A stretch of 64,000 nt of DNA, from contig JBFHFE010000006.1 in the NCBI GenBank assembly GCA_041583785.1, positions 44,409 to 108,408 of the forward strand. The letters are read 5' to 3'. Shown one piece after another: positions 26,467 through 36,499 of the stretch. Below the pieces are notes generated by a model. The model was not told the origin of the DNA and did not search any database. It saw nothing but the letters and a program-made list of their open reading frames with translations. A program made the translations under genes and the position numbers. The stretch's first letter is position 1. Each line of letters opens with the position of its first letter. Source of the DNA: Draconibacterium sp. (GTDB lineage Bacteria; Bacteroidota; Bacteroidia; Bacteroidales; Prolixibacteraceae).

Positions 26467-26898
26467 TTACTTCATTAAAAATGTTTCGATGGGTTCGGCA
26501 TCCATCTCGTTTAAATACGGAATCATTTGCTGGTCGCTTAAAACATTAACTGCCACTGCTGATTTGTAGGGTTCTCCCAATTTTATTCCGCCGTATATTC
26601 CTATAATTAGCAGAATTGAAAAAGCGAGCGGCTGCAAAATCCGGGCTAAAACCGGTCGGCCGGCATATACTTCCTGTTCCTGGCTTTGCAACCTGGCTTT
26701 TACACGCGTATAAAAGAAAGGATTCACTTCCGCCGATTTTTCTTCGTCAAAAATACTGAGCGTACGTTTCATTTCTTCAACAAAGTGCGTGCATTCAGAA
26801 CAGCTGCTTAAGTGCTCTTTTACCCGAATCATTTCAGAATCGGGGAGCTCTTTTTCAAGAAAGAAAATGACTTTGCTATGTATTTTTTTACACTTCAT
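26467..26898 (-). CDS. Anti-sigma factor (zf-HC2 type)
   Basis: H-x3-C-x2-C motif (HLSSCSECTH) and a single TM segment. Immediately downstream of the ECF sigma gene. Confidence 0.75.
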   Translation of the reverse strand: MKCKKIHSKVIFFLEKELPDSEMIRVKEHLSSCSECTHFVEEMKRTLSIFDEEKSAEVNPFFYTRVKARLQSQEQEVYAGRPVLARILQPLAFSILLIIGIYGGIKLGEPYKSAVAVNVLSDQQMIPYLNEMDAEPIETFLMK

Positions 26899-26946
26899 TT
26901 TTTGTATTGTTATAGGTATGACACTTTCATTTTTAAAAACTTGCGC

Positions 26947-27528
26947 TTACATGCATTTTTTTTTGTAGCACTTGTATAATTTTTTTTGAAGGGCTTTTTT
27001 TGCACGAAAAAGTAACGATTCAACCGACGAAACAGAAAGATCCATTACCTCTGCAATTTCCTGATACGACAGCTCTTCGTACTTACTTAGCGCAAAAGCC
27101 ACTTTTTGATTTTTAGGCAAACTGTTAATCGCCTCATGTAAAATTATTGCGCGCTGTTTATTTTCCAGTTCAAATTCAGGATTCTCGGTTTTGGAGGACT
27201 GAAGTTGTTGCAATTGCATCTTTTTGGCAGCCACTTCATCTTCGAACGAATGAAACCACTTGTTCTTTTTATTGTCGCGAATATGGTTTAACGAACGGTT
27301 TACTGCAATGCGGTACAGCCAGGTAGAAAGTTTCGAATCGGCCCGAAATTTTTGAATGTTCCGATAAACTTCAATAAAAACATCCTGAGCAACATCCTCG
27401 GCATCTTCGCGGTTCTGCACCAAACCATAACAAGTATTCACCACCAGTTTTTGATGACGTTCAACCAGCTTCTTAAAAGCCGCTTCGCTTCCTTGCTTCA
27501 GTTGTTCTATAATTTCAGAATCGGACAT
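26947..27528 (-). CDS. ECF-type RNA polymerase sigma-70 factor
   Basis: 193 aa. Region 2 (DAEDVAQDVFIEVY..LSTWLYRIAVNRS) and region 4 (LSYQEIAEVMDLSVSSVESLLFRAKKAL). Confidence 0.9.
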   Translation of the reverse strand: MSDSEIIEQLKQGSEAAFKKLVERHQKLVVNTCYGLVQNREDAEDVAQDVFIEVYRNIQKFRADSKLSTWLYRIAVNRSLNHIRDNKKNKWFHSFEDEVAAKKMQLQQLQSSKTENPEFELENKQRAIILHEAINSLPKNQKVAFALSKYEELSYQEIAEVMDLSVSSVESLLFRAKKALQKKLYKCYKKKCM

Positions 27529-27567
27529 TTACCACTAAAAATTAGCTCAATTACCACTGATTTAATA

Positions 27568-28386
27568 CTATTCAGATATCAATTTGTAAATATCGCGCGC
27601 TACCATATTGTTATTTTCTGCAATAACCCTTAAGGTTTCTGTTGGTTTCGCATCAATATTATTCGCTTTCAGGATTTCCATAATATCGTCGACGCTTTTG
27701 TCTGTTTCCGCGGCATAGTCTTCCATGGTTTTTCTTCCAATGCCCGAACCTTGTTGCTGCTGATTTCCTGTCTTTTTTGAGATTATTTCGTAAATCTCTG
27801 CGGGTGTTAATTTATTGGCTAGCCCAATGTCTTGCAACTTTTGCGAATAAACATTATCATACTTAATTTTATGCCTATCCAATTTCCGTGTAATCTCATC
27901 AACCGATTCCAAATTCATCTGCTCCGAAAGTTCTGTTAATGTTAACTGTTCGGCATGCGGAACCGGCGCCCTATCTTCAACTTTCTCCCACGAATCAGTA
28001 AAATGTTCACCCAAATTCATCACCGTTTTAAAAGGAGGGATGGAAAAAATGGTTCCGAAAAAGAAAATTAATACCACCAGTGTAGAAACTATAAATTCGC
28101 GCTTTTTATTAAATCCGGTAGATGTTTTCGATTTGAGGTAAGAAACGAAGGTTTTCCAGTTAACCGAGAGTAAATGGAAGATTGAAAGGATAACAAAACC
28201 AAAAGAAAAAATAGTATGAATAGCCTGCCAGCCTTCTTTTGAAAACCCCCAGATTGTCCAGTTTACCCAGTGCGCGTATCGCCCAGGAGGGGCAACATAC
28301 AACATAATTCCCGAAAGCAGGATGATAACAATTGCATATGTCAATCCAAAACTAATGAAGGCACGCCAGCTAAACTTCTTTTTCAT
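27568..28386 (-). CDS. DUF4405-like membrane protein with a C-terminal repeated helical module
   Basis: Four TM segments with conserved His (AHWVNW, AIHTIFSF..FHLL). The C-terminal half has ~4 degenerate ~30-aa helix-turn motifs. It is the first gene of the ECF operon. Confidence 0.5.
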   Translation of the reverse strand: MKKKFSWRAFISFGLTYAIVIILLSGIMLYVAPPGRYAHWVNWTIWGFSKEGWQAIHTIFSFGFVILSIFHLLSVNWKTFVSYLKSKTSTGFNKKREFIVSTLVVLIFFFGTIFSIPPFKTVMNLGEHFTDSWEKVEDRAPVPHAEQLTLTELSEQMNLESVDEITRKLDRHKIKYDNVYSQKLQDIGLANKLTPAEIYEIISKKTGNQQQQGSGIGRKTMEDYAAETDKSVDDIMEILKANNIDAKPTETLRVIAENNNMVARDIYKLISE

Positions 28387-28481
28387 TTTATTAAAATTGA
28401 TTGTTTTCTATGGTATAGGATGTAACTCGCATGATTTTAATTAATCGCCTATATGTGAAAAACTTCTAATGCCCGTTTCAT
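28387..28481 (-). promoter_or_regulatory. Conserved leader cassette R2, copy 2 (abuts the ATG of the first ECF-operon gene)
   Basis: About 77% identical to 14494-14589 in a hand alignment. The alignment runs from the start codon to ATGAAACG. Confidence 0.7.
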
Positions 28482-28696
28482 CTCATTATTTTTTGCGTTT
28501 CTAAAGGTTTAAGACACGGGTGGAAGAAAATCCTTGCGCCTGAAACTAAATTAATTCTCTTTTACTTCGTGTTTTGAAGATTCCAATCGTCCACCACGAT
28601 ATAGAAACCGTTTCGACATGGTAAACAGAATTTATTTGCATCCCGGCGGTTAAGCGCTTAATAATCTAAGCCCGAAGATAGATTTACCGGTGCTGT

Positions 28697-31084
28697 TTAT
28701 TTTGGTAAAATTGTCATTTTAAACATGGCTGCCGCTTCAACTTCTGCTTTGCTAAAAGGATCGGCATGATACTCATTGTTCAGGTAAAATCTTGTTTGGT
28801 CGAGATAAAAATCGCTTGCCGGAATTCCGCTGGTTCCGGTAGGGATTATAGTTTCTGAATTATTCCAGCTGCCAACAGTATAAATATGACGATGTGATGC
28901 CCCATGATTAGCTTTATACAAATTTTTAAATGAATAAGCGTACGGGCAAACGGTGTGGTAGCTTCCGGGCACTTCAAATGGTCCCCTGTTTAAATTAAAA
29001 GCTTTATCCAGCGCCGAGACCACACCCAGAGGATGTTTTATGGTTAGCGAATGAATTTTTCCCCATTGCCATTGCTCCACATCGTTACCCAATTCGGCAA
29101 CAAACTCACTCACAGTTTCTTTAAACGACAAAACAACAATATCATCAAATGTCTCCTTTGCATCCGTGCTTACATCATCAATCCAGTCCGAACTGTTTGC
29201 GGCCAAAAGATTCATCATTAAATTTTCGAGCAACATCTTCTCTCCCAGCATATCTTTAAACAAGTCAGAAGAAAGTTCATCTTTCACAAGGTTCTCCATT
29301 GATTTCCGGTAAAGGACTTCAAATACAGCCGCAGCCTGGCTTTCCCGGGTTAAATTATAATCCCAGTTCTGAAGTTTATCAAAGGCTGCTTTTTCGGTTT
29401 CGCTCCAGTTTTTTCTTTTTTGCAGCGACGCCACAAAAACCCGGGTCATTTGTTCCGCAGTTTTCGATTTCCAATCGGCGTGCATGGCTTTAAAATCTTC
29501 AACGCCCAGTTTTTCTTTTTCTTCCAGCATCTCGCGAATACGATTTATACGACTTGGCGTGGCAAACCAATGCGTTATATAATATGGAAAGTCTTCGGAA
29601 ACTGTTTTATTGTTTGCCGACGAGACATAACCCCTTTCCGGATTAAATTCATAAGGCAATTCATCGAAGGGAACCAGTCCCTTCCACTCGTATTTACTGC
29701 TGTCGCCCGGATAGATTTGGATTCCTGAACCTTCGCGAATAGGAATTCCTGCACTGCATTGCAAGCCTATATTTCCGTCCACATCGGCGTACACAATATT
29801 CTGGCTCACAGCCTTAAACGTACTCACGGCATCTCTAAACTCGCTCCAGTTTGATGCTCTGTTCAACAAAAAAACAGTTCTTATTTCGTTGCTCATTTCG
29901 TTGCCCAGCCATCGAATGGAAAGGGGCGTTTCTTTCTCTTTTTTGAAACGATTTACCAAAGGGCCACGGTGTGTAAACTTTAGCTCCTCTTCAAAAATGT
30001 CTCCTTCTTTTGTTTTTATAATTTCCTTTTGAATCTTAAGGTCACGCCATTCCCCTTCGTACCGGTATTTTGTTGAATCTTCATTTAAAGTTTCGGCATA
30101 GAAATCCAGATCATCCACCATTACGTTGGTCATTCCCCAGGCAATGTTTTCGTTGTGTCCGCAAATCGCAAAAGGCTGCCCCGGAAGCACAACTCCAGTA
30201 ACATTAAGTTTACCCGGAACGTGTTGGTGCATTTGATACCAGATTCCGGGGGCAGAAATTCCCAAATGCATGTCGTTGGCAAGAAGCGGCATTCCTGTAT
30301 TGCTTTTCTTTCCGGATACAGCCCAGTTGTTACTGCCGTTAAAAATTTCGACGCCCAGCTTTGTCAGATTCTCGGTCGATGAAAGTAACATTTCGGCTCC
30401 TTCCAAGTCAAACTTTCCAAATTCAGGATAAATGGCAGTAGTATGATTTTTTAAATCAGGAATTAACTCGGCAATTTTTTCGTCCGACACCTCTGTGCGT
30501 AGTTTGTGTAAAAAATATTCGGTTCCCCATCCCATCGACAAGTCCCACGACATAAACCCAATAAGGTTAATGGAGCTGACCGGCTGCCAGGGCTCAGGCT
30601 TATACCCCAAAATTTTAAACTCTGGCGGCAAAGTGCTGTTTTCAATGAACTGGTTTACGCCATCGGAGTAGGCTTCCAGTGCTGAAATAATTTCGGGTGA
30701 TGAAGATGCAAGAATTTTTTCCGATTTTTCCTGAATCCGCAAAGCGCGCATCATCAAATCGGTATCCATCTGGTCTTTTCCAAGAATTTCCGACAATCTT
30801 CCCTGCGTTACCCTCCGCAGCAAATCCATTTGCCACAAACGGTCCTGAGCCATCACATAACCCACTGCCCTGTACAAATCCTTCTCATTTTCGGCGTAAA
30901 CATGAGGTATTCCGTGCGCATCGCGAAGAACCGTTACTGCTCCCGACAGGCCTTTTAGCTCACAGTTTTTATTGTAATCAGGAATTGCTGATGTTTGCAG
31001 ATTATGAAATAGAATTGCTCCAACAAGCAGAACTAAACCAATTAATATCAGCAAGCTCAGCAAGATACGTTTTACAGTCTTCAT
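28697..31084 (-). CDS. Penicillin acylase family protein (Ntn hydrolase; AHL-acylase-like)
   Basis: 795 aa. The GSNNWAVSGKKS motif holds the nucleophile Ser at the predicted beta-subunit N-terminus. N-terminal TM/signal sequence present. Confidence 0.8.
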   Translation of the reverse strand: MKTVKRILLSLLILIGLVLLVGAILFHNLQTSAIPDYNKNCELKGLSGAVTVLRDAHGIPHVYAENEKDLYRAVGYVMAQDRLWQMDLLRRVTQGRLSEILGKDQMDTDLMMRALRIQEKSEKILASSSPEIISALEAYSDGVNQFIENSTLPPEFKILGYKPEPWQPVSSINLIGFMSWDLSMGWGTEYFLHKLRTEVSDEKIAELIPDLKNHTTAIYPEFGKFDLEGAEMLLSSTENLTKLGVEIFNGSNNWAVSGKKSNTGMPLLANDMHLGISAPGIWYQMHQHVPGKLNVTGVVLPGQPFAICGHNENIAWGMTNVMVDDLDFYAETLNEDSTKYRYEGEWRDLKIQKEIIKTKEGDIFEEELKFTHRGPLVNRFKKEKETPLSIRWLGNEMSNEIRTVFLLNRASNWSEFRDAVSTFKAVSQNIVYADVDGNIGLQCSAGIPIREGSGIQIYPGDSSKYEWKGLVPFDELPYEFNPERGYVSSANNKTVSEDFPYYITHWFATPSRINRIREMLEEKEKLGVEDFKAMHADWKSKTAEQMTRVFVASLQKRKNWSETEKAAFDKLQNWDYNLTRESQAAAVFEVLYRKSMENLVKDELSSDLFKDMLGEKMLLENLMMNLLAANSSDWIDDVSTDAKETFDDIVVLSFKETVSEFVAELGNDVEQWQWGKIHSLTIKHPLGVVSALDKAFNLNRGPFEVPGSYHTVCPYAYSFKNLYKANHGASHRHIYTVGSWNNSETIIPTGTSGIPASDFYLDQTRFYLNNEYHADPFSKAEVEAAAMFKMTILPK

Positions 31085-31162
31085 TTCGGGATTCTTAAAG
31101 GTTGAAAATTATGGGTTGTTTTTTATATATTAGTCCTCTAAAATTAATCAAAAGTCTACAGT

Positions 31163-31606
31163 ATGAAAACGTTAACGATTCTTTTTTTTCTGGGAGTTTA
31201 TGCCCTGGCAGGTTTTGCACAGGAAGCCGATAAAATAGTAGGAGTTTGGTGGAACGACGAAAAAACAACAAAAATTGAAGTTGAAAAAAAGGATGGGAAA
31301 TACATTGGCACCATTGTATATATGATTCCTGAGAAATATAAAAATGGAGAAGCACCAAAAGACAATAAAAATCCTGACCAAACGCTTCAACGCCGTTCGC
31401 TTATTGGGATTCAAATTCTAACTAATTTTGAGTATAATACCAAGGACAAAGAGTGGAAAAATGGTTCGATTTACGACCCAAAATCGGGTAAGACCTACGA
31501 TTGTTATGCCTGGCTCGAAAGCGACAACCTGCTTAAACTGAAGGGTTTCGTTGCCGGAATCCGCTGGATGGGAAAAAGTTCGGAGTGGTATCGAACTACG
31601 CTGTAG
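31163..31606 (+). CDS. DUF2147 domain protein
   Basis: Signal peptide present. Contains GVWWNDEKTTKIEV..DGKYIGTIVYM...GSIYDPKSGKTYDCYAWL..LKLKGF. Confidence 0.7.
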   Translation: MKTLTILFFLGVYALAGFAQEADKIVGVWWNDEKTTKIEVEKKDGKYIGTIVYMIPEKYKNGEAPKDNKNPDQTLQRRSLIGIQILTNFEYNTKDKEWKNGSIYDPKSGKTYDCYAWLESDNLLKLKGFVAGIRWMGKSSEWYRTTL

Positions 31607-31628
31607 TTCCTGGTTTAAAGAACCAACT

Positions 31629-32660
31629 TTACATTTGCTTTTTTAGCCACAACGAAAAGTACCAATCGGCAACCCTCCAACCATTATTATTTACCAAAAG
31701 ACCTTTACTTTCAAGGTTTTTTATTGCCGACTTAACTGAGCTTGCAGAACCGAGTTCATATTTACGAAGAAAAGCCTGTGCAAAAGGTTTTTCCACCTGC
31801 TCTTCTGAAGCAACCGCCTTTAAAATATCATAATTTAATTTCGTTAATAAAGCCCTGTAGTTATAATACGCTATTTCATTCTCAGGCAGAATCTCATTCA
31901 ACAAGTTATCTATTACTCCATTATTTTTATTTTTTAAATTGGTGGAATATAACTTGTTGCATAAATACTGAATAATGCATGTAATACCTTTATTGATGTC
32001 GTAAATATAATTTGCCTGTTCTTCCTCCAGCAATATATTATTTCCCGCGAAGTGCCTTTTTATAAACGAACTGTATCTTTCTCTATCAATTCGTTTTAGT
32101 TCCATTATTTCAGTACTCTGGTAAAATGGCTGCGAATAATTATTAAAAATGGAAAGCAGCAGATGCGTATGACTTCCTCTAAAAATATAACAAGTATCAC
32201 TATCTTTTTGTATCTCGGTACGAAATAAGGCCTCTACATTCTTTTCCGGATAACTTTATCGATCTCTCCGCTTCTGTTAGAGAATTAATTGACAACTCCA
32301 GATCTGGCAGACCTGTTTGCGAGTCAATAGAAAATTTCACATTTAACGATTAAAAAAACTGAGTAAGTCTTCGCAAAACACTTTTGGAAAAGGTTTCAAA
32401 CTTTTGAATAATTGCATTTGCAAGTAGTTTTATGAAATCAGACAGTTTTTGTGTTGGATATATATCGATGTATAAAAACACAATATTTTTAGTAACCTGT
32501 TCGGAAAGATGATTAAGCAAGGCTGTTTTACCAATTTTCGTTCTGAAATCAACGTTATAGTACGCGAATTCGTAACAGCGTTTAATAACCTCTGGGTTTC
32601 TGCTTCCCTGTCGCAGAAATATTCCGGACTTTTATAAGCTGTTAAAAGGAAGGGTTTCAT
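31629..32660 (-). pseudogene. Decayed AAA+ ATPase (DUF234-type) paralog with multiple frameshifts and stops
   Basis: The N-terminal fragment ORF 32430-32660 (YFCDREAETQRLLNAV) loses frame at the Walker A region, which is readable in another frame as GKTALLNHL. The middle part, 32106-32429, contains stops in every frame. The C-terminal fragment ORF 31629-32105 ends in a DUF234-like tail. Confidence 0.7.
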
Positions 32661-32866
32661 ATTTTATGATTTTTTCGTCACGAGAATTACGTAATTTATA
32701 ACACAAGAACAATTCTTCAACCACAAAACACAAGAACCTTATATACATCACTTTACAAACTACTTTATTCGCGTAACGTTTTTTGCGTAATACTTCCGAC
32801 TGAAAAAGCCATGGATTCCGAAGCAATACTTCGGATTAGAACATACTCCACCCACTTTATACTCTT

Positions 32867-33646
32867 TTATCCCGAAACCTGAACATCTAAACCAAGCTCC
32901 CGAACCCGATTTGCAATGACATTTAATTCTTCAATCGGAACTTTTTCGAGCGTTTGAACAGGCGTATCGCGGGCAATGGTATAAATCATTACCTGACGTG
33001 GTTTAATTTTTTTAAGCAAATCTAACCAGGCAGAAATTTCTTTTTCGGTAGTATTATCAATGGTTTGCCCATTAAAACTTCCCCGCACAAACATGGTCTG
33101 AATAATTAGCTTTCCATCAAAAGCAATTAACCTTTCTACAATTTTAGCAAGCTCAAAATTGCCCTTCGGAGCATCAAGTAATTTTACTGTTTCTTCAAAG
33201 GCCGAATCCAGTTTCTGAATATTGTCTTTAATTTTTAGCAATGCTTCGAAAACCGGTTTCTTGTAATTCATTGTAGCATTGGCAAGTACGGCAATCCGGG
33301 CATTTGGCGCTAGTTTATCCCGTAATTCGATGGTATCGTCAATAACTCCTCCAAACTCGGGATGCAGTGTTGGCTCGCCATTTCCGGCAAAAGTAATTAC
33401 ATCGGGCAACTCGTTGGCAGCTGCCATCTCCTGTAGTTTAGCTTCCAATTTCTCACGCACTTCTGATCGCGAAGGCAAAGTCACCTTCTTTTTGTAATCT
33501 TTCGGCGTAAAACCACATTCGCAGTATATGCAGTCGAACGAACAAACCTTAACATCGGTAGGAAGTAAGTTTATGCCTAAAGAAACGCCAAGCCGCCGAC
33601 TTTTAACAGGGCCAAAAATTATTTTATCGAATAAAAATGTTGCCAT
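32867..33646 (-). CDS. Radical SAM protein
   Basis: CxxxCxxC cluster motif (CSFDCIYCECG). Start set at MATFLFDKIIFGPVKSRRLG. Confidence 0.75.
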   Translation of the reverse strand: MATFLFDKIIFGPVKSRRLGVSLGINLLPTDVKVCSFDCIYCECGFTPKDYKKKVTLPSRSEVREKLEAKLQEMAAANELPDVITFAGNGEPTLHPEFGGVIDDTIELRDKLAPNARIAVLANATMNYKKPVFEALLKIKDNIQKLDSAFEETVKLLDAPKGNFELAKIVERLIAFDGKLIIQTMFVRGSFNGQTIDNTTEKEISAWLDLLKKIKPRQVMIYTIARDTPVQTLEKVPIEELNVIANRVRELGLDVQVSG

Positions 33647-33741
33647 AAATTTTAAATGTCGTGCAAAGATAAAATGATTTTCGTACCACAAAGGGCTAAG
33701 CGAATTGTGATTTATTGTACTTTCAGGAAAAATTTTTGTTT

Positions 33742-34443
33742 ATGCCAAAATTTAGAATTCTCCAAAAACGCATAGGCTATTCAAATGCTACACTTATTAA
33801 GAATGGCGAAAATTCAATTCTTGTGGATACCGGAGTGAGGGGAGGCATTAAAAAGCTGAGGCTGTTAATATCCGAAGCGGAGCTGAAACCGGAAGATATT
33901 AAGCTTATTATTTTAACCCATACTCACAACGATCACACCGGAAACTTAAACGAGCTGGTTGCATTTACGGGAGCTCCGGTGCTTGTTCATAAGAATGAAT
34001 TCGAAAATCTTAAAAGCGGCTTCACACCAATTCCGGTGGGAAATGGAAAATATTCGGGTATAATTTCAAAACTTGGACGTAAAATAATGCCACGTTATGC
34101 ATCTCCAAAGCCTTTTTCTGCACAGTTAATAAATCACGGCGTTTTCCTTCTGAATGAATTTGGCATCGATGGGAAAATTATTTCTACACCCGGACACACA
34201 AGCGGTTCGCAATCTATATTAATCGGTGACATTCTTATTTCGGGCGACACATTTATTAATACACCCAACGGAAGAATCTTCCCTCCCTTTGCCAACGAGC
34301 CGGAAATATTAGTAAAGACCTGGGAAAAACTTTTTGAGGAAGGAATATCTACCATTTATCCCGGACACGGAAAACGCTTTAAAACAGAACAGGCTTTTTC
34401 TGATTACGAACGCTGGAAGAAGAAATTACTTCCCGAAGCATAG
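33742..34443 (+). CDS. MBL-fold metallo-hydrolase
   Basis: THTHNDHTGN (HxHxDH) motif and a later GHTSGS motif. Start set at MPKFRILQ. Confidence 0.75.
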   Translation: MPKFRILQKRIGYSNATLIKNGENSILVDTGVRGGIKKLRLLISEAELKPEDIKLIILTHTHNDHTGNLNELVAFTGAPVLVHKNEFENLKSGFTPIPVGNGKYSGIISKLGRKIMPRYASPKPFSAQLINHGVFLLNEFGIDGKIISTPGHTSGSQSILIGDILISGDTFINTPNGRIFPPFANEPEILVKTWEKLFEEGISTIYPGHGKRFKTEQAFSDYERWKKKLLPEA

Positions 34444-34529
34444 CAGAATTTCAAAAAAAAGCCAGGCAATTGCCCTATTACCACCCTGGGACGGCATCGC
34501 CGGGAGCGATTTCATCTTTTACGATTCTT

Positions 34530-35429
34530 CTATTTAATTGTAAAGGTAGTTTCACCAATCTCATTGCCATCGGCAAACAGATTAACCACATATTCTCCAG
34601 GCATCAGCTCTGGTTCGTTTGTGTTGTCCCAAAAAATTGCAACCGGCAAATCTTTCCCTTCATAAACCACTTCACGCATGGCCGAATATTGAATCTTCAA
34701 ATCTTCGAACTGAAAAACATCATTCTCCGATTTCACCATCAACAACTGGTCGGGGCGCATAATGCGGGCATAAATATTTTTTGGGCCACGCTTGGCCGTT
34801 GCATTATTCCCAAGCACAAAATATATCTTAATTTTTGCAGCCCTTCTGGCATACTTTGTTTCCTTGCTCCGCTCGTTTAACGGCGAAGCTATCAATTCGC
34901 GAGTTTCAAGCATGGCTGCCCGTTTCAGGTTTTGTTGCAATCGTTCTTTTTCCTTACTCAACTGCTTTTTCTCTTGTTCCGATTGTTTATATTGCTCTTT
35001 CACCTCACGGTTTTCAGCCATCAGTTGCTCGTTTCGGGCATTAAGAGAATCGATTTGAACCACAAAATCCCGCATAATCCCCCGCAAAGTAGTTACCTGC
35101 TGCTGATAGCCCGATATTTTCGAATAGCTTATTTTTTTAGTTTGCTCAACCTCCAGTAACAAATCTTTTACTTTCGCCTGTGCTACATATAATGCCTCAT
35201 TAATGGTATCGTTTTCAGTTTTCAGCGAGTCGTAACTGCTGGCAATTTCTGTTAATTCAAACTGAATGGAATCTTTTTCAGCCTTAATTTCATTTAAAAT
35301 AATATTATGATCGTGCCTCTGCATAAAAAACATAACCACAACCGCTACCAACACAACCGACAATACAATAACAATTATATTATTTCTACGGTCTTTCGCT
35401 TTTTGTCCGGCATTTAATTCACTGCTCAT
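34530..35429 (-). CDS. Membrane-anchored coiled-coil protein, function unknown
   Basis: 299 aa: one N-terminal TM segment, a ~150-aa heptad-rich region and a C-terminal beta-rich domain. Confidence 0.55.
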   Translation of the reverse strand: MSSELNAGQKAKDRRNNIIVIVLSVVLVAVVVMFFMQRHDHNIILNEIKAEKDSIQFELTEIASSYDSLKTENDTINEALYVAQAKVKDLLLEVEQTKKISYSKISGYQQQVTTLRGIMRDFVVQIDSLNARNEQLMAENREVKEQYKQSEQEKKQLSKEKERLQQNLKRAAMLETRELIASPLNERSKETKYARRAAKIKIYFVLGNNATAKRGPKNIYARIMRPDQLLMVKSENDVFQFEDLKIQYSAMREVVYEGKDLPVAIFWDNTNEPELMPGEYVVNLFADGNEIGETTFTIK

Positions 35430-35896
35430 ATCTATAATCCTCTTGCTCTACTTTAACAACGCCACAAATTTAATAATCTTTTATGCGGCAGCAAATCCGA
35501 TTATTTATTGTCGAAACCAATCGAATAACCCCTACGCGAAAAGTAATTCTATTTAGAATTTTTTTGACTTGTTTATGATTACCTGAAATGCAACTATTTC
35601 GGAGGATTCAGCCAGGCTGAAAACCGCTACATACAAATGAACGTTCACCAGCTGTTAGAGCCGTTTTAAAGCAGCAAATGTGGTGCCACCAAATTCCATA
35701 AAGACGTATTTTATTGACAATAAACTGTTTATGAACGAATAAATCGTGTCTTATATTTCCCCGGGGAAAATCAGGTAACCAGTTGCATCTTTTGTATAGC
35801 TCAGTTAATAACAGCACTACGCAAACGCTTAAGCAATGAACAAAACCTTTGCGGCGACAAATAATCACTCCTCTTTTTGCATATTCAATTAAAGTA

Positions 35897-35920
35897 CTAC
35901 TTTTGCAAGACGACCGGTCT
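35897..35920 (+). promoter_or_regulatory. TetR gene promoter (-7 TACTTTTG) with an adjacent GACCGGTC palindrome (candidate operator)
   Basis: TACTTTTG at 35897-35904. AGAC-GACCGGTC-T at 35908-35920, 11 nt before the ATG. Confidence 0.5.
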
Positions 35921-35930
35921 AATTATCCAT

Positions 35931-36497
35931 ATGCAAAAGAAACATAACAAAGAAGCTATTATAGAAAAAGCAGTCGATCTCTTTCATCATCTGGGATATC
36001 ACCATACGGGTATTAATCAGATTCTGAAGGAATTAAAGATTCCCAAAGGCTCGTTTTATAACTTTTTCGAAAGCAAGGAAGCTCTGGCGATAGCGGTTGT
36101 TGAGTGGCATATTGTGCAAACCAGGTTAATTTTTGAGTTATCAACCAAAGACCATAAAAGCATTGAAGGACTTCAGAAATTCTTTTCCGTTTTTTTTAGC
36201 CGGATAGAAGCGATGAATTACCTAAATGGCTGCCCCATTGGCAACCTGATTACAGAACTTGCAGATTTAAATGAACCGGTTCGACTAAAACTGCTGGAGT
36301 GGGTAGAATATCTCGAAAACGAAATCGCTGAAATTCTACAATTAGAAAAACAAATTTCGAGGGAAGAAGCGCATTCGCTCGCATCGTTTGTAATTGCAGC
36401 TTTCGAAGGTGTAATTATGATGGCCAAAGTGGAGCAAAACAGTAATGCATTACAACATTTTAATAAATACATAATAAAAAACCTGTTAAGCAATTAA
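35931..36497 (+). CDS. TetR/AcrR family transcriptional regulator
   Basis: N-terminal HTH (GYHHTGINQILKELKIPKGSFYNFFESKEAL). Confidence 0.85.
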   Translation: MQKKHNKEAIIEKAVDLFHHLGYHHTGINQILKELKIPKGSFYNFFESKEALAIAVVEWHIVQTRLIFELSTKDHKSIEGLQKFFSVFFSRIEAMNYLNGCPIGNLITELADLNEPVRLKLLEWVEYLENEIAEILQLEKQISREEAHSLASFVIAAFEGVIMMAKVEQNSNALQHFNKYIIKNLLSN

Positions 36498-36499
36498 TT

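Noticed and set aside
34464-34480. GGCAATTGCC palindrome followed by a T-run as a terminator for the coiled-coil gene
   Set aside because: A 10-nt perfect palindrome without a loop cannot form a stable hairpin. The signal is too weak to list as a feature.
35608-35868. 86-aa minus-strand ORF in the long intergenic region
   Set aside because: It is Cys/Trp/Phe-rich, has no start context or motif, and sits in otherwise unstructured A/T-rich spacer.
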